Numbered from the stretch's first letter, positions 18,737 through 29,602 are shown. The stretch: DNA of 64,000 bases from an uncultured Arcobacter sp. (GCA_965140705.1 OZ223300.1:800001-864000); one strand, 5' to 3'. Notes: generated from the sequence alone by a model not told the origin. Made by a program: numbers and translations.

Positions 18737-19994
18737 TAAAATATACACAGATAATTCTAAAGAGGCAGATGAAAAATCTGCCTTTGTTTATTCAAAACAA
18801 AATGAAAAATTTATAGATGATGCTAAAAAAAATGGCTGTAAAGAGTTTATAAAATCAGAAGATTTAAAAAATCATTGTGATTTTTCTTCTATAAAAGTTA
18901 TTGGAATAACTGGAACAAATGGAAAAACTACAACAGCAGCAGCTATTTATTCTCTTTTATTAGATTTAGGCTACAAAGTAGCCCTTCAAGGTACAAGAGG
19001 ATTTTTTATTAATGAAGAAAGAGTAGAAGAGTACTCTTTAACAACTCCTGTTCAACTTGGAAATTTTGCACATATACAAAAAGCCATAGAGAATTCTTGT
19101 GATTTTTTTGTGATGGAAGTTAGTTCCCATGCAATTGAACAAAAAAGAATAGAAGGTCTAAATTTTGAACTTAAAATTCTTACAAATATTACAAGGGATC
19201 ACCTTGATTATCATAAGACTATTGAAGAGTATATAAATGTTAAAAACTCTTTTTTCAGTGATGAGAGTAAAAAACTCATAAATAAAGATGAAAAAAAAGC
19301 GAAGTTTAATCACAAAAATTGCTTAACTTATGGACTTGATGCTCCTTGTACTTATAAAGTACAAGCATACTCTTTTAAAGATGGGATGCATGTAGCTTTA
19401 CAACATTTTCAAGAACTTGAGAGTTTTACTTCTATGATGATGGGTCTGTTTAATTTATATAATTTAACAGCCGCAATTGCTGCTGTTCATATGACTACAG
19501 ATAAATCTTTAAGTGAAATTTGCAAAGCAGTAGAAAACTTCGCAGGTGTTTCAGGAAGAATGGAAACTTTATCTTTAAATCCATATATTATTGTTGATTT
19601 TGCCCATACTCCAGATGGTATGAAAGAGGTTTTACAAAGCTTTGGACATAAAGATATTATTGTTGTATTTGGAGCAGGTGGAGATAGGGATAAGGCTAAA
19701 AGACCTATTATGGGAAAAGTAGCAGATGACTTTGCTAAACACATTATTGTGACAAGTGATAATCCAAGATTCGAAGATCCCGATTTGATTATAGAAGACA
19801 TCTTAAAAGGTATTAATAATAAATCAAAAGTAGAAGTAGAGATAAATAGAAAAGTTGCAATAAAAAAAGCTATTGATTTGTATAGTGAAAATAGTGTTAT
19901 TTTAGTCTTAGGAAAAGGAGATGAAGAGTATCAAACTATTTATGACCAAAAGCTTCCTTTTTCTGATAAAGAGGTTATAAATTCTTATCTATAA
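18717..19994 (+). CDS. murE: UDP-MurNAc-tripeptide synthetase (meso-DAP ligase)
   Basis: GITGTNGKTT, MEVSSH, DHLDYH, VDFAHTPDG, DNPR (DAP specificity) and GKG motifs. Confidence 0.95.
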   Translation: MQLHINNKIYTDNSKEADEKSAFVYSKQNEKFIDDAKKNGCKEFIKSEDLKNHCDFSSIKVIGITGTNGKTTTAAAIYSLLLDLGYKVALQGTRGFFINEERVEEYSLTTPVQLGNFAHIQKAIENSCDFFVMEVSSHAIEQKRIEGLNFELKILTNITRDHLDYHKTIEEYINVKNSFFSDESKKLINKDEKKAKFNHKNCLTYGLDAPCTYKVQAYSFKDGMHVALQHFQELESFTSMMMGLFNLYNLTAAIAAVHMTTDKSLSEICKAVENFAGVSGRMETLSLNPYIIVDFAHTPDGMKEVLQSFGHKDIIVVFGAGGDRDKAKRPIMGKVADDFAKHIIVTSDNPRFEDPDLIIEDILKGINNKSKVEVEINRKVAIKKAIDLYSENSVILVLGKGDEEYQTIYDQKLPFSDKEVINSYL

Positions 19995-20794
19995 GCTCTT
20001 ATAGTAAAACCTCTTTTGTCAGCTGTATCAGCAATATAATTTACATAAGTAATAATAGTATCTTTCCCTAATCTTTTTTTAACATGCCAAGATGCTTCTA
20101 ATACTCGTTTTCTTGATAAGCCTTCCATTAAATAATCTTTTAAAGGTTTCTTATCAAGCTTTTTATCTTGTATATTCTCAATTATATTATTTATATATAG
20201 TTTATCTTTTGCATCAGTTACAGGAATTATTTGGAAAGAAGTTGCATCTTTGTTTTCATCTAAAAACTTATTAATTCTTTCTAGACATGAAGGATAAAAT
20301 ACAAAAGTACCTTCTTCCTCTTCATAACAACCTGTAGCATCATATTTTTTGGATCTATATTTTTGAGCATCAACTCTTATTTCATTTTTTTCAATATTTG
20401 CTAATTCAAATTTTTCATTTAAAATAGAGAGTTCTTCTTTTAAGTGTTTAATTTTTATGTTTAGTTCATCTTCTTTTGCTTGAAGAGCATTATCTAAGGT
20501 ATCCTTTGATACATAAATAGCTTTTACTGCAGGAGGTAAATCATCAAAAGTAAGTGGTTCTATTCCATTACTTCTATTTTTATTTTTATTAATGAATACA
20601 AAAGCACCAATTATAATTAATATAAGGATTATGTAAAAAAAAGAGAAACTGCTTTTTTTCTTCTCCTCTTTTTCAATTTTTATTTTTTTTGTAGTTGTTT
20701 TTTCTTTTGGAATTTCTTCTTCAATTGTACTTGTTTCATTTAAACTCTCTTTAGAACTCTTTTCTAACAAGTCAATTAATTCTTTTTTATTCAT
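19985..20794 (-). CDS. Hypothetical single-TM protein with coiled coil and possible degenerate OmpA-like C-terminal domain
   Basis: Charged N-terminus, TM helix FFYIILILIIIGAFVFI, coiled coil, then GLSRKRV...KRGFTIRAY. Confidence 0.6.
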   Translation of the reverse strand: MNKKELIDLLEKSSKESLNETSTIEEEIPKEKTTTKKIKIEKEEKKKSSFSFFYIILILIIIGAFVFINKNKNRSNGIEPLTFDDLPPAVKAIYVSKDTLDNALQAKEDELNIKIKHLKEELSILNEKFELANIEKNEIRVDAQKYRSKKYDATGCYEEEEGTFVFYPSCLERINKFLDENKDATSFQIIPVTDAKDKLYINNIIENIQDKKLDKKPLKDYLMEGLSRKRVLEASWHVKKRLGKDTIITYVNYIADTADKRGFTIRAYR

Positions 20795-20848
20795 TTATCT
20801 TCTTTAGTAATTTTTATTATTATAAGCAAAAATCATTTAAATATCAAG

Positions 20849-21754
20849 TCAATCTCTATTTTTTAGGTAAATATAAAAAATTAAAAAAATTATTCCTACA
20901 AAAAGAGGATAAAAGAATAGGTAATCTTTTAGGATTAAAGTATTTTTATCAATATCTGATTTCTCTAATTTGTTTATTGTGTTATAAACTTCAACTAAAT
21001 CATTTTTAGAGTTAGCAGTGAAAGATTTTGCTCCAGTTTCTTGAGCAATTGTGCTTAACATTTGTCTATTTGATTCGCCAATACCAATTGTATATATTTT
21101 TATATTATATTTTTTTGCAAGTTTTAATACAATTTGAGGAGGTATTCTGCTTGCATTATCTTCTCCATCTGTTAATAAAATGATGATGTTTGATTTTGCT
21201 TTACTATTTTTTAATATATTTATTGAAGTTGCAAGGGAATCAAACATTGCTGTTTGTTCGCCAACAATTCCGATATCGATATATTTTATAATCTCTTTTT
21301 GTGAATTTTTATCAAAACTTAAAGGTGAGGCTGTTAATACAGAACTTCCAAAAACTACTAAACCAATATTATCATTTACTCTTTTTTTTATAAAATCTTG
21401 AACTACATCATTTACAACATTCCATCTGTTTTGTTGTAAATCATTTGGATTAAACCCACGCTCTCTCATAGAACCACTTGTATCCAAATCCAAAATGATA
21501 TTTATACCATCTTTTTTTATAAGTTGGTTGTTTAAAATTTTAACAGGTGAGGCAAGGGCAATTAAAGTTAAGATGATAGTTAGATATTTACACACATAAA
21601 TGATAATATTTGTATTATAAGTTAATTGGTTAAATATTTTAAGATGTACAAAATAATAAGAGGAGTTTTTTGCTTTACAATATATATCACAAAAGATAAA
21701 GATAACTATAAGAGATAAAACCCAAGGATATTCAAAAGAAAAATTGCTAAACAT
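20849..21754 (-). CDS. BatA-like von Willebrand factor A domain protein
   Basis: F-x-FEYPW N-terminus, LIALASP, MIDAS DTSGSM, LLTDGEDN and IYTIGIG. Confidence 0.9.
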   Translation of the reverse strand: MFSNFSFEYPWVLSLIVIFIFCDIYCKAKNSSYYFVHLKIFNQLTYNTNIIIYVCKYLTIILTLIALASPVKILNNQLIKKDGINIILDLDTSGSMRERGFNPNDLQQNRWNVVNDVVQDFIKKRVNDNIGLVVFGSSVLTASPLSFDKNSQKEIIKYIDIGIVGEQTAMFDSLATSINILKNSKAKSNIIILLTDGEDNASRIPPQIVLKLAKKYNIKIYTIGIGESNRQMLSTIAQETGAKSFTANSKNDLVEVYNTINKLEKSDIDKNTLILKDYLFFYPLFVGIIFLIFYIYLKNRD

Positions 21755-22130
21755 CTATTGTGTCCATAAAAAGTTCATATTTTTGAAAAATATCATTTTC
21801 GAATTTTTTTACATCTTTTTTATATTTATACTCTTCTAATAGAGCTATTAACTCTTCTGAAATTTTTATTTCTCTTTCATTTCTTGCTAGTTTTCTTGCA
21901 TAGAATGTTATTTGATATGCTGCATTTTTAGTATCATTTAAATCAATATTTTTAATTATTTCATAGTATCTTTTTCTTGGATTCTTTTTATTTTTGAAAA
22001 ATCTATAAATTAAATATCCTACAAAGCTGATAATAATTATGCCTAAAACAATAAGAAGTATTAAAATATAAAAAGAGATATCAGGAATATTTACTAAATC
22101 TTTTATATCATTTATTTTTAATTCATTCAT
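21747..22130 (-). CDS. Hypothetical single-TM protein of the MoxR/Bat operon
   Basis: DIK...P then a TM helix; overlaps both neighbouring genes. Confidence 0.7.
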   Translation of the reverse strand: MNELKINDIKDLVNIPDISFYILILLIVLGIIIISFVGYLIYRFFKNKKNPRKRYYEIIKNIDLNDTKNAAYQITFYARKLARNEREIKISEELIALLEEYKYKKDVKKFENDIFQKYELFMDTIDV

Positions 22131-22963
22131 TTATTCACCAATGTAATTATTTTTGAAGCTGGTTCTTCATGGGTATATATTTTTGTAAATCTTACATTAC
22201 ACTTTTGCAAATGATAAAATAAATTGTGATCATTTTTTTTGATATAGGCTTTATAGTCATTGATTGAATATTTATCAATAATCCCTTCAAATTTTAATCC
22301 ACTATTTACATCAACTAAACTTGCATTTCCTAATTCTTGTGGATTTTCTTCGAATATATCTCTAACTATTATTACAAATATTTCATGCTTTTGGGATAAT
22401 AATCTTAAATCAAAACCTTCTATTCCAATAAAATCTCCTATTAAAAATAGTATTGATTTCATTTTTATTAATTTAAATGATTCATTGCATAAAAGTTTAT
22501 AGTTAATCTCTTTTCCTATTGGATTATAGTTAAAAATGGTATCACTCATATTTATTACACTTGCAAGTTTTTTACTTCTTTTTGTGATATTTTTAAATTT
22601 CTCATTTACTATAAAAGAAGAGAAAGGGTCTCCTTGCTTTATACTTGAAAAAGCTAGAAGAGAACAAATTTCAGTTACTAAATCTTGTTTTATCTTTTTA
22701 GTTCCAAAAATCATACTTCCACTTAATATTGGTAATATATTTATATTGAGTTCTTTTTGGGCATGGAAAACCTTCACATAAGGAGTATTCATTTTAGCAC
22801 TTATGGTCCAGTCAATATTTTTAATATCTTCACCAGCTTCATATTCTCTTAATTCTAAGAAATCATAACCTTCACCTTTTAGATTAGAACTATTATTTCC
22901 AGAGATTTCTGTAAAGACTTGTTTTTTTGTTTTAATTAAAATCTTTTTTAAATTTTTATTCAT
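22127..22963 (-). CDS. DUF58 domain protein
   Basis: GEGYDFLELREYEAGEDIKNIDW motif. Confidence 0.9.
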   Translation of the reverse strand: MNKNLKKILIKTKKQVFTEISGNNSSNLKGEGYDFLELREYEAGEDIKNIDWTISAKMNTPYVKVFHAQKELNINILPILSGSMIFGTKKIKQDLVTEICSLLAFSSIKQGDPFSSFIVNEKFKNITKRSKKLASVINMSDTIFNYNPIGKEINYKLLCNESFKLIKMKSILFLIGDFIGIEGFDLRLLSQKHEIFVIIVRDIFEENPQELGNASLVDVNSGLKFEGIIDKYSINDYKAYIKKNDHNLFYHLQKCNVRFTKIYTHEEPASKIITLVNK

Positions 22964-22966
22964 ATC

Positions 22967-23917
22967 TTATGGAATTTCAACTTTTTCAATTACTTTTTGT
23001 AAAATATAATCACTAGTTATATCCATAGCTTGTGCTTCATAAGATAAAACAATTCTATGTCTTACTATATCTTTAAATATTAAAGCAATATCTATTGGAG
23101 TTACATGGTCATTACCTCTTATAAAGGCATTTGCTTTAGCAGCTTTAAACATATCTATTGTTGCTCTTGGACTTGCACCAAATTGAATATAATCTTTAAT
23201 CTCTTGTAAGCCATAATTTTCAGGCTCTCTTGTTGCAAAAATAAGATTTATAATATATTTTTCAAGTTCTTCATCTATATGTACATTTACGACTGCTTCT
23301 TTTAACTTAATTAAATCTTCATGGGAAGCTACTTTATTTGGAGTTTCAAATGAGTTCAAAGTTACATTTTTAGCTATTTCAAATTCTTCTTCTTTTGAAT
23401 TATAATCAATCAAAATTTTAAACATAAATCTATCAAGTTGAGCTTCAGGAAGTTCATAAGCTCCTTGTGATTCAATTGGATTTTGAGTAGCAAGAACTAA
23501 AAATGGAAGTTCCAAAGAGTATGTTTCATCTGCAATTGTTACTTGCTTTTCTTGCATAACTTCTAATAGTGCTGATTGAACTTTTGCTGGTGCTCTATTT
23601 ATCTCATCTGCCAACAAAAGATTTGTAAAAATTGGACCTCTTTTTATTTTGAAGTCACCACTTTTCATATCATAAATCTGTGCACCGATAATATCACTAG
23701 GAAGTAAATCGGGAGTAAATTGAACCCTTTTAAATTTTAAATCAATTACATCTGCAACAGCTTTCACTGTTGTTGTTTTTGCAAGTCCAGGTACACCCTC
23801 TATAAGAATATGACCATTTGTTAATAGTCCTATTAAAATAGAATTAACCATATCCTCTTGACCAATAACAACTTTAGATATTTCATTTTTAATTTCTGTG
23901 ATTTTTGTATATAACAT
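22967..23917 (-). CDS. MoxR-family AAA+ ATPase
   Basis: GVPGLAKT, QFTPDLLPSD, LADEINRA, ATQNPIE, LPEAQLDRF and GASPR motifs. Confidence 0.95.
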   Translation of the reverse strand: MLYTKITEIKNEISKVVIGQEDMVNSILIGLLTNGHILIEGVPGLAKTTTVKAVADVIDLKFKRVQFTPDLLPSDIIGAQIYDMKSGDFKIKRGPIFTNLLLADEINRAPAKVQSALLEVMQEKQVTIADETYSLELPFLVLATQNPIESQGAYELPEAQLDRFMFKILIDYNSKEEEFEIAKNVTLNSFETPNKVASHEDLIKLKEAVVNVHIDEELEKYIINLIFATREPENYGLQEIKDYIQFGASPRATIDMFKAAKANAFIRGNDHVTPIDIALIFKDIVRHRIVLSYEAQAMDITSDYILQKVIEKVEIP

Positions 23918-24139
23918 TTAGCTCTTCTTCAATATAAGTGTAATTTTGCAGTATTTTATCAAAAGAAAGGTTTTAACATCTTAAATCAAGCTCTTAAAAT
24001 AAACTTAATATAAAGTTTTATGATAGTTAAAACTGAGTTTAGATTAAAATTTAGATAATAAATCTTTGAATATTATTTTAATATTATTTTAAGAATTTAA
24101 CTAATAAAGTATTGATAAGAAGTTTTAAGGAAATAGATA

Positions 24140-24715
24140 ATGTCAAAGAAAAAGAAGTTTTTTGGTTTAGTTATTATTATTATTCTTATAGCAACTATTT
24201 TTTCAACAGCTTTGCCAATACTTTATTCTAATGATAAAGCAGGGAAGGTAAATAAAGAGATTCAAAATATACATTTTGATTTTTTAAAAGATGAAACTAA
24301 AAAGTATGTACTCCTATTTTTTGGTTATGCAGGTTGTGATAATATTTGTCCTCCAGCATTAAATGAGATAAGTCAAATATATAATAAGTTGGATAAAGAA
24401 CAATTCAGTTTTTATTTTATAAATTTGCAACCTAATATATTTAAGGATGAGGTAGATCCATTTGCTAAGGCTTTTAATAAAGACTTCAAAGGAATCTATT
24501 TAGATAATAAAAAACTAATTGACATAACAACAAAACTTCAAGTAAAATATTCACCTATAAATAAAGTTGATATAGACCATACCGGTTTTTTATATTTATT
24601 AGAAAAAAGTGGTAATAATATGTACAAACAAAAATTTATATACACGGCAAGACCATTTGATATTGAATACATATCAAATGACTTAAATACATTAAATAGG
24701 GGTAACAATGATTAA
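24140..24715 (+). CDS. SCO1/SenC-family copper chaperone
   Basis: N-terminal membrane anchor, [12 protein letters not shown] (CxxxC) and distal His in IDHTGFLYL. Confidence 0.85.
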   Translation: MSKKKKFFGLVIIIILIATIFSTALPILYSNDKAGKVNKEIQNIHFDFLKDETKKYVLLFFGYAGCDNICPPALNEISQIYNKLDKEQFSFYFINLQPNIFKDEVDPFAKAFNKDFKGIYLDNKKLIDITTKLQVKYSPINKVDIDHTGFLYLLEKSGNNMYKQKFIYTARPFDIEYISNDLNTLNRGNND

Positions 24716-26552
24716 AGTACTTTTTCCATTTTTAGATAAAAGTTTATCTAAGGAGATTCAAGAAAGTTTAGTTAAAGAGTATGAAAATGCAGATAAAATG
24801 ATGCTTATAGTATCAATAGTAAGTTTTTTCATTGTCGCATTAATAACTTCATATTCTAATGAAGCTTATAAACTTGGTATTATAGGTGGAGGTATAACTT
24901 TAGCATCTACTATTATAGCTTACACAATGTTTAAAGGAACTGTGCTTTCACGTATTATTTTTGGTACAGCCTTTACTGTTTACCCAGCTATTATGGTTGC
25001 TCAACAACTTGGTATGATAGAGATGCATTTTTTCTTTTTTGTTTTTGTTGCAGCTCTTGTAGTGTATAAAGACCTTACAGCAATTTTAGCAATGACTGTA
25101 GTAACCGGTATACATCACTTGCTATTCACATATTTACAATTAAATGGTGCTTCTATTATGGGGAATGAAATTATACTTATGAGTACTAATTGTAGTTGGT
25201 TATTTACTTTTATTCATATTATTGTATTTGTTTTTGAAGAAATAGTTCTTGTTTATATTGTTTATTCAGTAATAAAACAGTTTATTGAAGCTAAAACACT
25301 TCAACTAGAAGCAACAGCTTCATTTGAAAAGTTACAAAAAGAGACTTTATTAAATAAACATATTATAGATGAAACTATCGAAGTGGCAAATAGTGTTAAT
25401 GAAGGGAAACTAACAAAAAGAGTTCACTCAGATACTACAGATGAGAATATCAAGTCATTAAAAGAGATTATAAATAATATGATGGATAATTTAGAAAATA
25501 AAATTGCAGATGATATTAACAAAATTTTAAGTGTATTGGAAAACTTCACAAATTATAATTTTACTACAAAAGTTGATTCTAAAGGTGAAACTGCTGAGAA
25601 CCTAAATAAATTAGCAGATGGTATTACTAAAATTTTAATAGAAGATAAACAAAATGGACTTATTATTCAAAATAGTGCTATGACATTATCTTCAACTGTA
25701 AAAACACTAAATGACTCTTCAAATCAAGCTGCAGCTTCACTTGAAGAAACAGCAGCTGCTGTGGAAGAGATAACATCAATTATAAAATCAAGTAATGAAA
25801 ACATAAATAAAATGTTTACCCTTGCAAATAATTTAAATACCTCTGCACAAGAGGGTGAGAACTTAGCAACAAAAACAACTACAGCTATGGAAGATATTAA
25901 TACCCAAGTTCAAGCTATTAATGAATCAATCACAGTGATTGATCAAATAGCTTTCCAAACAAATATTCTTTCATTAAATGCTGCTGTTGAAGCAGCTACT
26001 GCAGGAGAAGCAGGTAAAGGGTTTGCAGTTGTTGCACAAGAGGTAAGAAACCTTGCATCACGTTCAGCTGAAGCAGCTAAAGAGATAAAAGATTTAGTAG
26101 AAAATGCTACAATAAAAGCAAATGAAGGTAAAACAATTGCCTCTAATATGATAGGTGGATATAGTAATTTAACTAGTAAAATTAGTGAAACAATTGAATT
26201 AATTACAAATGTTACAAATGCAAGTAAAGAGCAAGAAACAGGAATTGTACAAATTAATGATGCAATCAACTCTTTAGATAAACAAACTCAACAAAATGCT
26301 TCAGTAGCAAATCAAACAAATGATATAGCAAATCAAACCCAACAAATCGCAGAGACAATTTTAAAAAGTGCGGATGAGAAAGAATTTATAGGTAAAGACA
26401 CTGTTAAAGCAACAAAACTTGAGAAAGTAGAGAAGATAGAAAAAGTTGAAAAAGTAAATACTGTTAAAACACCTGAAAAGAAAAAAGAGCAAGTAGAAAT
26501 AAAAGCTGAAAGTACAGTAAATTCAAATAATGATGAGTGGGAAAGTTTTTAA
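24708..26552 (+). CDS. Methyl-accepting chemotaxis protein with multi-TM His-rich N-terminal sensor
   Basis: About 6 hydrophobic segments, [37 protein letters not shown] signalling hairpin, C-terminal EWESF pentapeptide. Confidence 0.95.
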   Translation: MIKVLFPFLDKSLSKEIQESLVKEYENADKMMLIVSIVSFFIVALITSYSNEAYKLGIIGGGITLASTIIAYTMFKGTVLSRIIFGTAFTVYPAIMVAQQLGMIEMHFFFFVFVAALVVYKDLTAILAMTVVTGIHHLLFTYLQLNGASIMGNEIILMSTNCSWLFTFIHIIVFVFEEIVLVYIVYSVIKQFIEAKTLQLEATASFEKLQKETLLNKHIIDETIEVANSVNEGKLTKRVHSDTTDENIKSLKEIINNMMDNLENKIADDINKILSVLENFTNYNFTTKVDSKGETAENLNKLADGITKILIEDKQNGLIIQNSAMTLSSTVKTLNDSSNQAAASLEETAAAVEEITSIIKSSNENINKMFTLANNLNTSAQEGENLATKTTTAMEDINTQVQAINESITVIDQIAFQTNILSLNAAVEAATAGEAGKGFAVVAQEVRNLASRSAEAAKEIKDLVENATIKANEGKTIASNMIGGYSNLTSKISETIELITNVTNASKEQETGIVQINDAINSLDKQTQQNASVANQTNDIANQTQQIAETILKSADEKEFIGKDTVKATKLEKVEKIEKVEKVNTVKTPEKKKEQVEIKAESTVNSNNDEWESF

Positions 26553-26580
26553 AAATAAAAGGATTCTTATCCTTTTATTT
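26553..26580. terminator. Bidirectional terminator between convergent MCP and hydrolase genes
   Basis: AAATAAAAGGAT-TCTT-ATCCTTTTATTT hairpin. Confidence 0.7.
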
Positions 26581-27459
26581 AAAAAAATTATTTATCTCAT
26601 TTATTACTTCAACAGGTTTCTCTTCAGGTAGAAAGTGTCCACAGTTAAGTGTTTTCCCACTTACGTTTATGGCATAATCTTCCCAAACTTTTAAAACATT
26701 ATAGGTTTTATTTATAAAGCCTTTTTCTCCCCAAAGAACTAAAAGAGGAGTATAAACTTTTTTATTTCTATCTTTTTTATCATCTTCCATATCAACAGTT
26801 GCAGCTGCTCTATAATCTTCACAAGTTGCATGTATTGACTCTTCATCAAAACATCTAATATATTCAGATATTGCTTCCTTATCAAATTTTTTTTCATAGG
26901 CAAGCTCTCTATTACTCCATCTTTTAAGTTTTTCTTCTAAATAATATGCTGGATTATAACCAATCATTGTTTCAGGAAGATTATTCGTTTGAATAAGAAA
27001 AAACCAATGATAATATCCTGTAGCAAATTCTTGATTTGTATTTTTAAACATATGATAAGTTGGTGCTATATCCATAATACAGGCTTTCAAAACATTTTTA
27101 GGATAATCTAAACAAATTCTATGGGTAACCCTAGCTCCCCTATCATGTCCTGCAACATAAAATTTATTAAAACCTAAATAGCTTAAAAGTTCAAACATAT
27201 CTTTTGCCATTGTTTTTTTTGAATAATTTTCATGGTTTTCTAAACCTTTAGGTTTTGAACTATCTCCATAACCCCTTAAATCAGGGCATATCACATAATA
27301 GTTTTTTGCTAATTCATTTGCAACTTTATGCCACATAACATGTGTTTGTGGATAACCATGTATCAATAATAATGGTTTTCCAACTCCTCCATGTTTAAAA
27401 TTGATTTTAATTTTATTAAGTTCTATTTTCTCTTCTTTAAAGATCTCTGAAAAAAGCAT
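26575..27459 (-). CDS. Alpha/beta hydrolase, fluoroacetate/haloacetate dehalogenase-like
   Basis: HGYPQTHVMWH, GHDRGARV, DIAPT, YYHWFF, EDYRA and GHFLPEE motifs. Confidence 0.85.
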   Translation of the reverse strand: MLFSEIFKEEKIELNKIKINFKHGGVGKPLLLIHGYPQTHVMWHKVANELAKNYYVICPDLRGYGDSSKPKGLENHENYSKKTMAKDMFELLSYLGFNKFYVAGHDRGARVTHRICLDYPKNVLKACIMDIAPTYHMFKNTNQEFATGYYHWFFLIQTNNLPETMIGYNPAYYLEEKLKRWSNRELAYEKKFDKEAISEYIRCFDEESIHATCEDYRAAATVDMEDDKKDRNKKVYTPLLVLWGEKGFINKTYNVLKVWEDYAINVSGKTLNCGHFLPEEKPVEVINEINNFFK

Positions 27460-27566
27460 TATTATCCTTTTTGATTGATTTTAACAAAAAATAAATATAA
27501 AAATATAAATTTTTGTTAAATAATATACACTTCAAGAAAGATTAAAGTTAACTTAGATAAAATCAC

Positions 27567-27689
27567 GGTTCTATTTTTATAGAAACCTCACATGTGTCAA
27601 TCCTGGTCTGGGTTGTGACAAATTAATTTTAATTTGGCATTAAGGGGCACAGAGGCTAAACCCAAATAAACATAAAACAAGGAAAAAAC
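27567..27689 (+). promoter_or_regulatory. Structured rpsB 5' leader (S2 autoregulatory RNA-like)
   Basis: Follows TAAAAT at 27558-27563. CCTC/GAGG and TGTGTC/GGCACA outer stem, CAAATTA/TAATTTG inner hairpin, GGGTT (27610-27614) complementary to AACCC (27659-27663). Confidence 0.65.
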
Positions 27690-28490
27690 ATGGTTACAAT
27701 GAAAGACCTATTAGAATGTGGTGTACACTTCGGACACCAAACGAGAAGATGGAATCCAAAAATGAAAAAATATATTTTTGGTGTAAGAAAAAATATCTAT
27801 ATTATAGATTTACAAAAAACTTTAAGATACTTCAGATATACATATACTCTTATTAGAGATGCTGCTGCTGAAGGTCAAACAATGATGTTTGTTGGTACTA
27901 AAAAACAAGCTAGTCAAGCGGTTAAAGATGCTGCTATCTCTTGTGGTATGCCTTACGTTAACCATAGATGGTTAGGTGGGATGTTAACAAACTACGGAAC
28001 AATTAAAAAATCAATTAGAAAATTAGAAATTATTAAAAAAATGAGAGAAGAAGGTCAACTAGATCTTTTAACTAAAAAAGAAGCTTTAATGCTTTCAAGA
28101 AAAGAAGAAAAATTAGAATTATATCTTGGTGGTATCAAAGATATGACTAAACTACCTGATATGATGTTCGTACTTGATGCAGTTAAAGAAAAAATTGCTA
28201 TCGCAGAAGCTAGAAGATTAGGAATTACAGTTGTTGCTCCTTTAGATACAAACTGTGATCCAGATGTAGTTGATTGGCCAATTCCAGGAAATGATGATGC
28301 GATTAGATCAATTCAATTATTTTGTACTGAAATGGCTGCAGCTATGAATGAAGGAAAAGCAGCATACGCTGAAGCAAATGGTGAAGTTGTTGAAGATGCT
28401 GAACCTGTATCAAGTGAAGAAGTTGCTGAAGTAGTTGCAGAAGCAGTTGCTGAAGGTGAATCAGAAGTAGTAGAAACAGAGGAAGTATAA
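27690..28490 (+). CDS. rpsB: 30S ribosomal protein S2
   Basis: [24 protein letters not shown] and PGNDDAIRS motifs. Confidence 0.99.
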   Translation: MVTMKDLLECGVHFGHQTRRWNPKMKKYIFGVRKNIYIIDLQKTLRYFRYTYTLIRDAAAEGQTMMFVGTKKQASQAVKDAAISCGMPYVNHRWLGGMLTNYGTIKKSIRKLEIIKKMREEGQLDLLTKKEALMLSRKEEKLELYLGGIKDMTKLPDMMFVLDAVKEKIAIAEARRLGITVVAPLDTNCDPDVVDWPIPGNDDAIRSIQLFCTEMAAAMNEGKAAYAEANGEVVEDAEPVSSEEVAEVVAEAVAEGESEVVETEEV

Positions 28491-28491
28491 T

Positions 28492-29538
28492 ATGGCTGGC
28501 GCAACTCCTAAATTAATAAAAGAATTAAGAGAAAAATCTGGTGCAGGTATGCTTGATTGTAAAACTGCATTAAATGAGTGTAATGGTAACTTAGATGAAG
28601 CTATGAAATATTTAAGAGAATCTGGTTTAGCAAAAGCTGCTAAAAAAGCTGGAAATGTAGCTGCAGAGGGTTTAATATCTATTTTAGTAAATGATGATGC
28701 TACAAAAGCTACTATGACAGAAATCAATTCTCAAACTGACTTCGTTGCAAAAAATGAGCAATTTATTGCTTTAACAAACGAAGTTACATCTCATGTACAA
28801 GCTGAAGGTTGTACTGAGAGAGAAGAACTATTAAAAACTACTATCAATGGTGTAAACTTTGAAGAGTATTTAAATAGTAAAATTGCAACAATTGGTGAAA
28901 ATATTGTAACTAGAAGAATGGCAACAATATCTTCTGATAATGGTGTTGTTAATGGTTATGTTCACTTAGGTAAAGTTGGGGTTATCTTAGCTGCTACTTG
29001 TGCTGATGGTGCAAAAGAAAAAACAAAAGAATTATTAAAAAAAGTTGCTATGCATGCAGCTTCTATGAAACCAACAGTTATCTCTTATAAAGATTTAGAT
29101 GCTGATTTTATTGAGTCTGAAAACAAAGCAATTATTGCTGATATTGAAAAATTAAATGAAGAATTAGTAAGACTTGGTAAACCATTAAAAAATATTCCTG
29201 AATTTGTTTCTCAAGTTCAATTAACTGATGAAGCTATTGCAGCTGCAGAAGCTAAAATGAAAGAGGAATTAATTGCAGAAGGTAAACCAGAGAAAATTAT
29301 TGGAAACATCGTTAAAGGTAAAATTGCTAGATGGATTGAAGATAATACTCAATTAGATAAAACTCATGCACTATTATCTCAAACTTACGTTATGGATGAT
29401 TCAATGACAGTTGAGCAAGCTATTAAAGCTTGTGATGAGTCTATTGAAATCGTTGAGTATGTAAGATTTGAACTTGGTGATGGTATCGAGAAAAAAGAAG
29501 AAGATTTTGCAGCAGAAGTTGCTGCTCAAATGGCTTAA
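28492..29538 (+). CDS. tsf: Elongation factor Ts
   Basis: KELREKSGAGMLDCK, AAEG, NSQTDFVAKN and DFAAEVAAQ motifs. Confidence 0.98.
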   Translation: MAGATPKLIKELREKSGAGMLDCKTALNECNGNLDEAMKYLRESGLAKAAKKAGNVAAEGLISILVNDDATKATMTEINSQTDFVAKNEQFIALTNEVTSHVQAEGCTEREELLKTTINGVNFEEYLNSKIATIGENIVTRRMATISSDNGVVNGYVHLGKVGVILAATCADGAKEKTKELLKKVAMHAASMKPTVISYKDLDADFIESENKAIIADIEKLNEELVRLGKPLKNIPEFVSQVQLTDEAIAAAEAKMKEELIAEGKPEKIIGNIVKGKIARWIEDNTQLDKTHALLSQTYVMDDSMTVEQAIKACDESIEIVEYVRFELGDGIEKKEEDFAAEVAAQMA

Positions 29539-29560
29539 TAAAAATTATTAAGAAATTACT

Positions 29561-29584
29561 AAAAAGGGGTTTCGACCTCTTTTT
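29561..29584 (+). terminator. Rho-independent terminator after tsf
   Basis: AAAAAGGGGT-TTCG-ACCTCTTTTT hairpin. Confidence 0.75.
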
Positions 29585-29602
29585 ATCTAAGACTGGAGAA
29601 AA

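Noticed and set aside
26414..26460. Short EKV/EKI repeats near the MCP C-terminus
   Set aside because: Ordinary low-complexity flexible linker before the EWESF pentapeptide.
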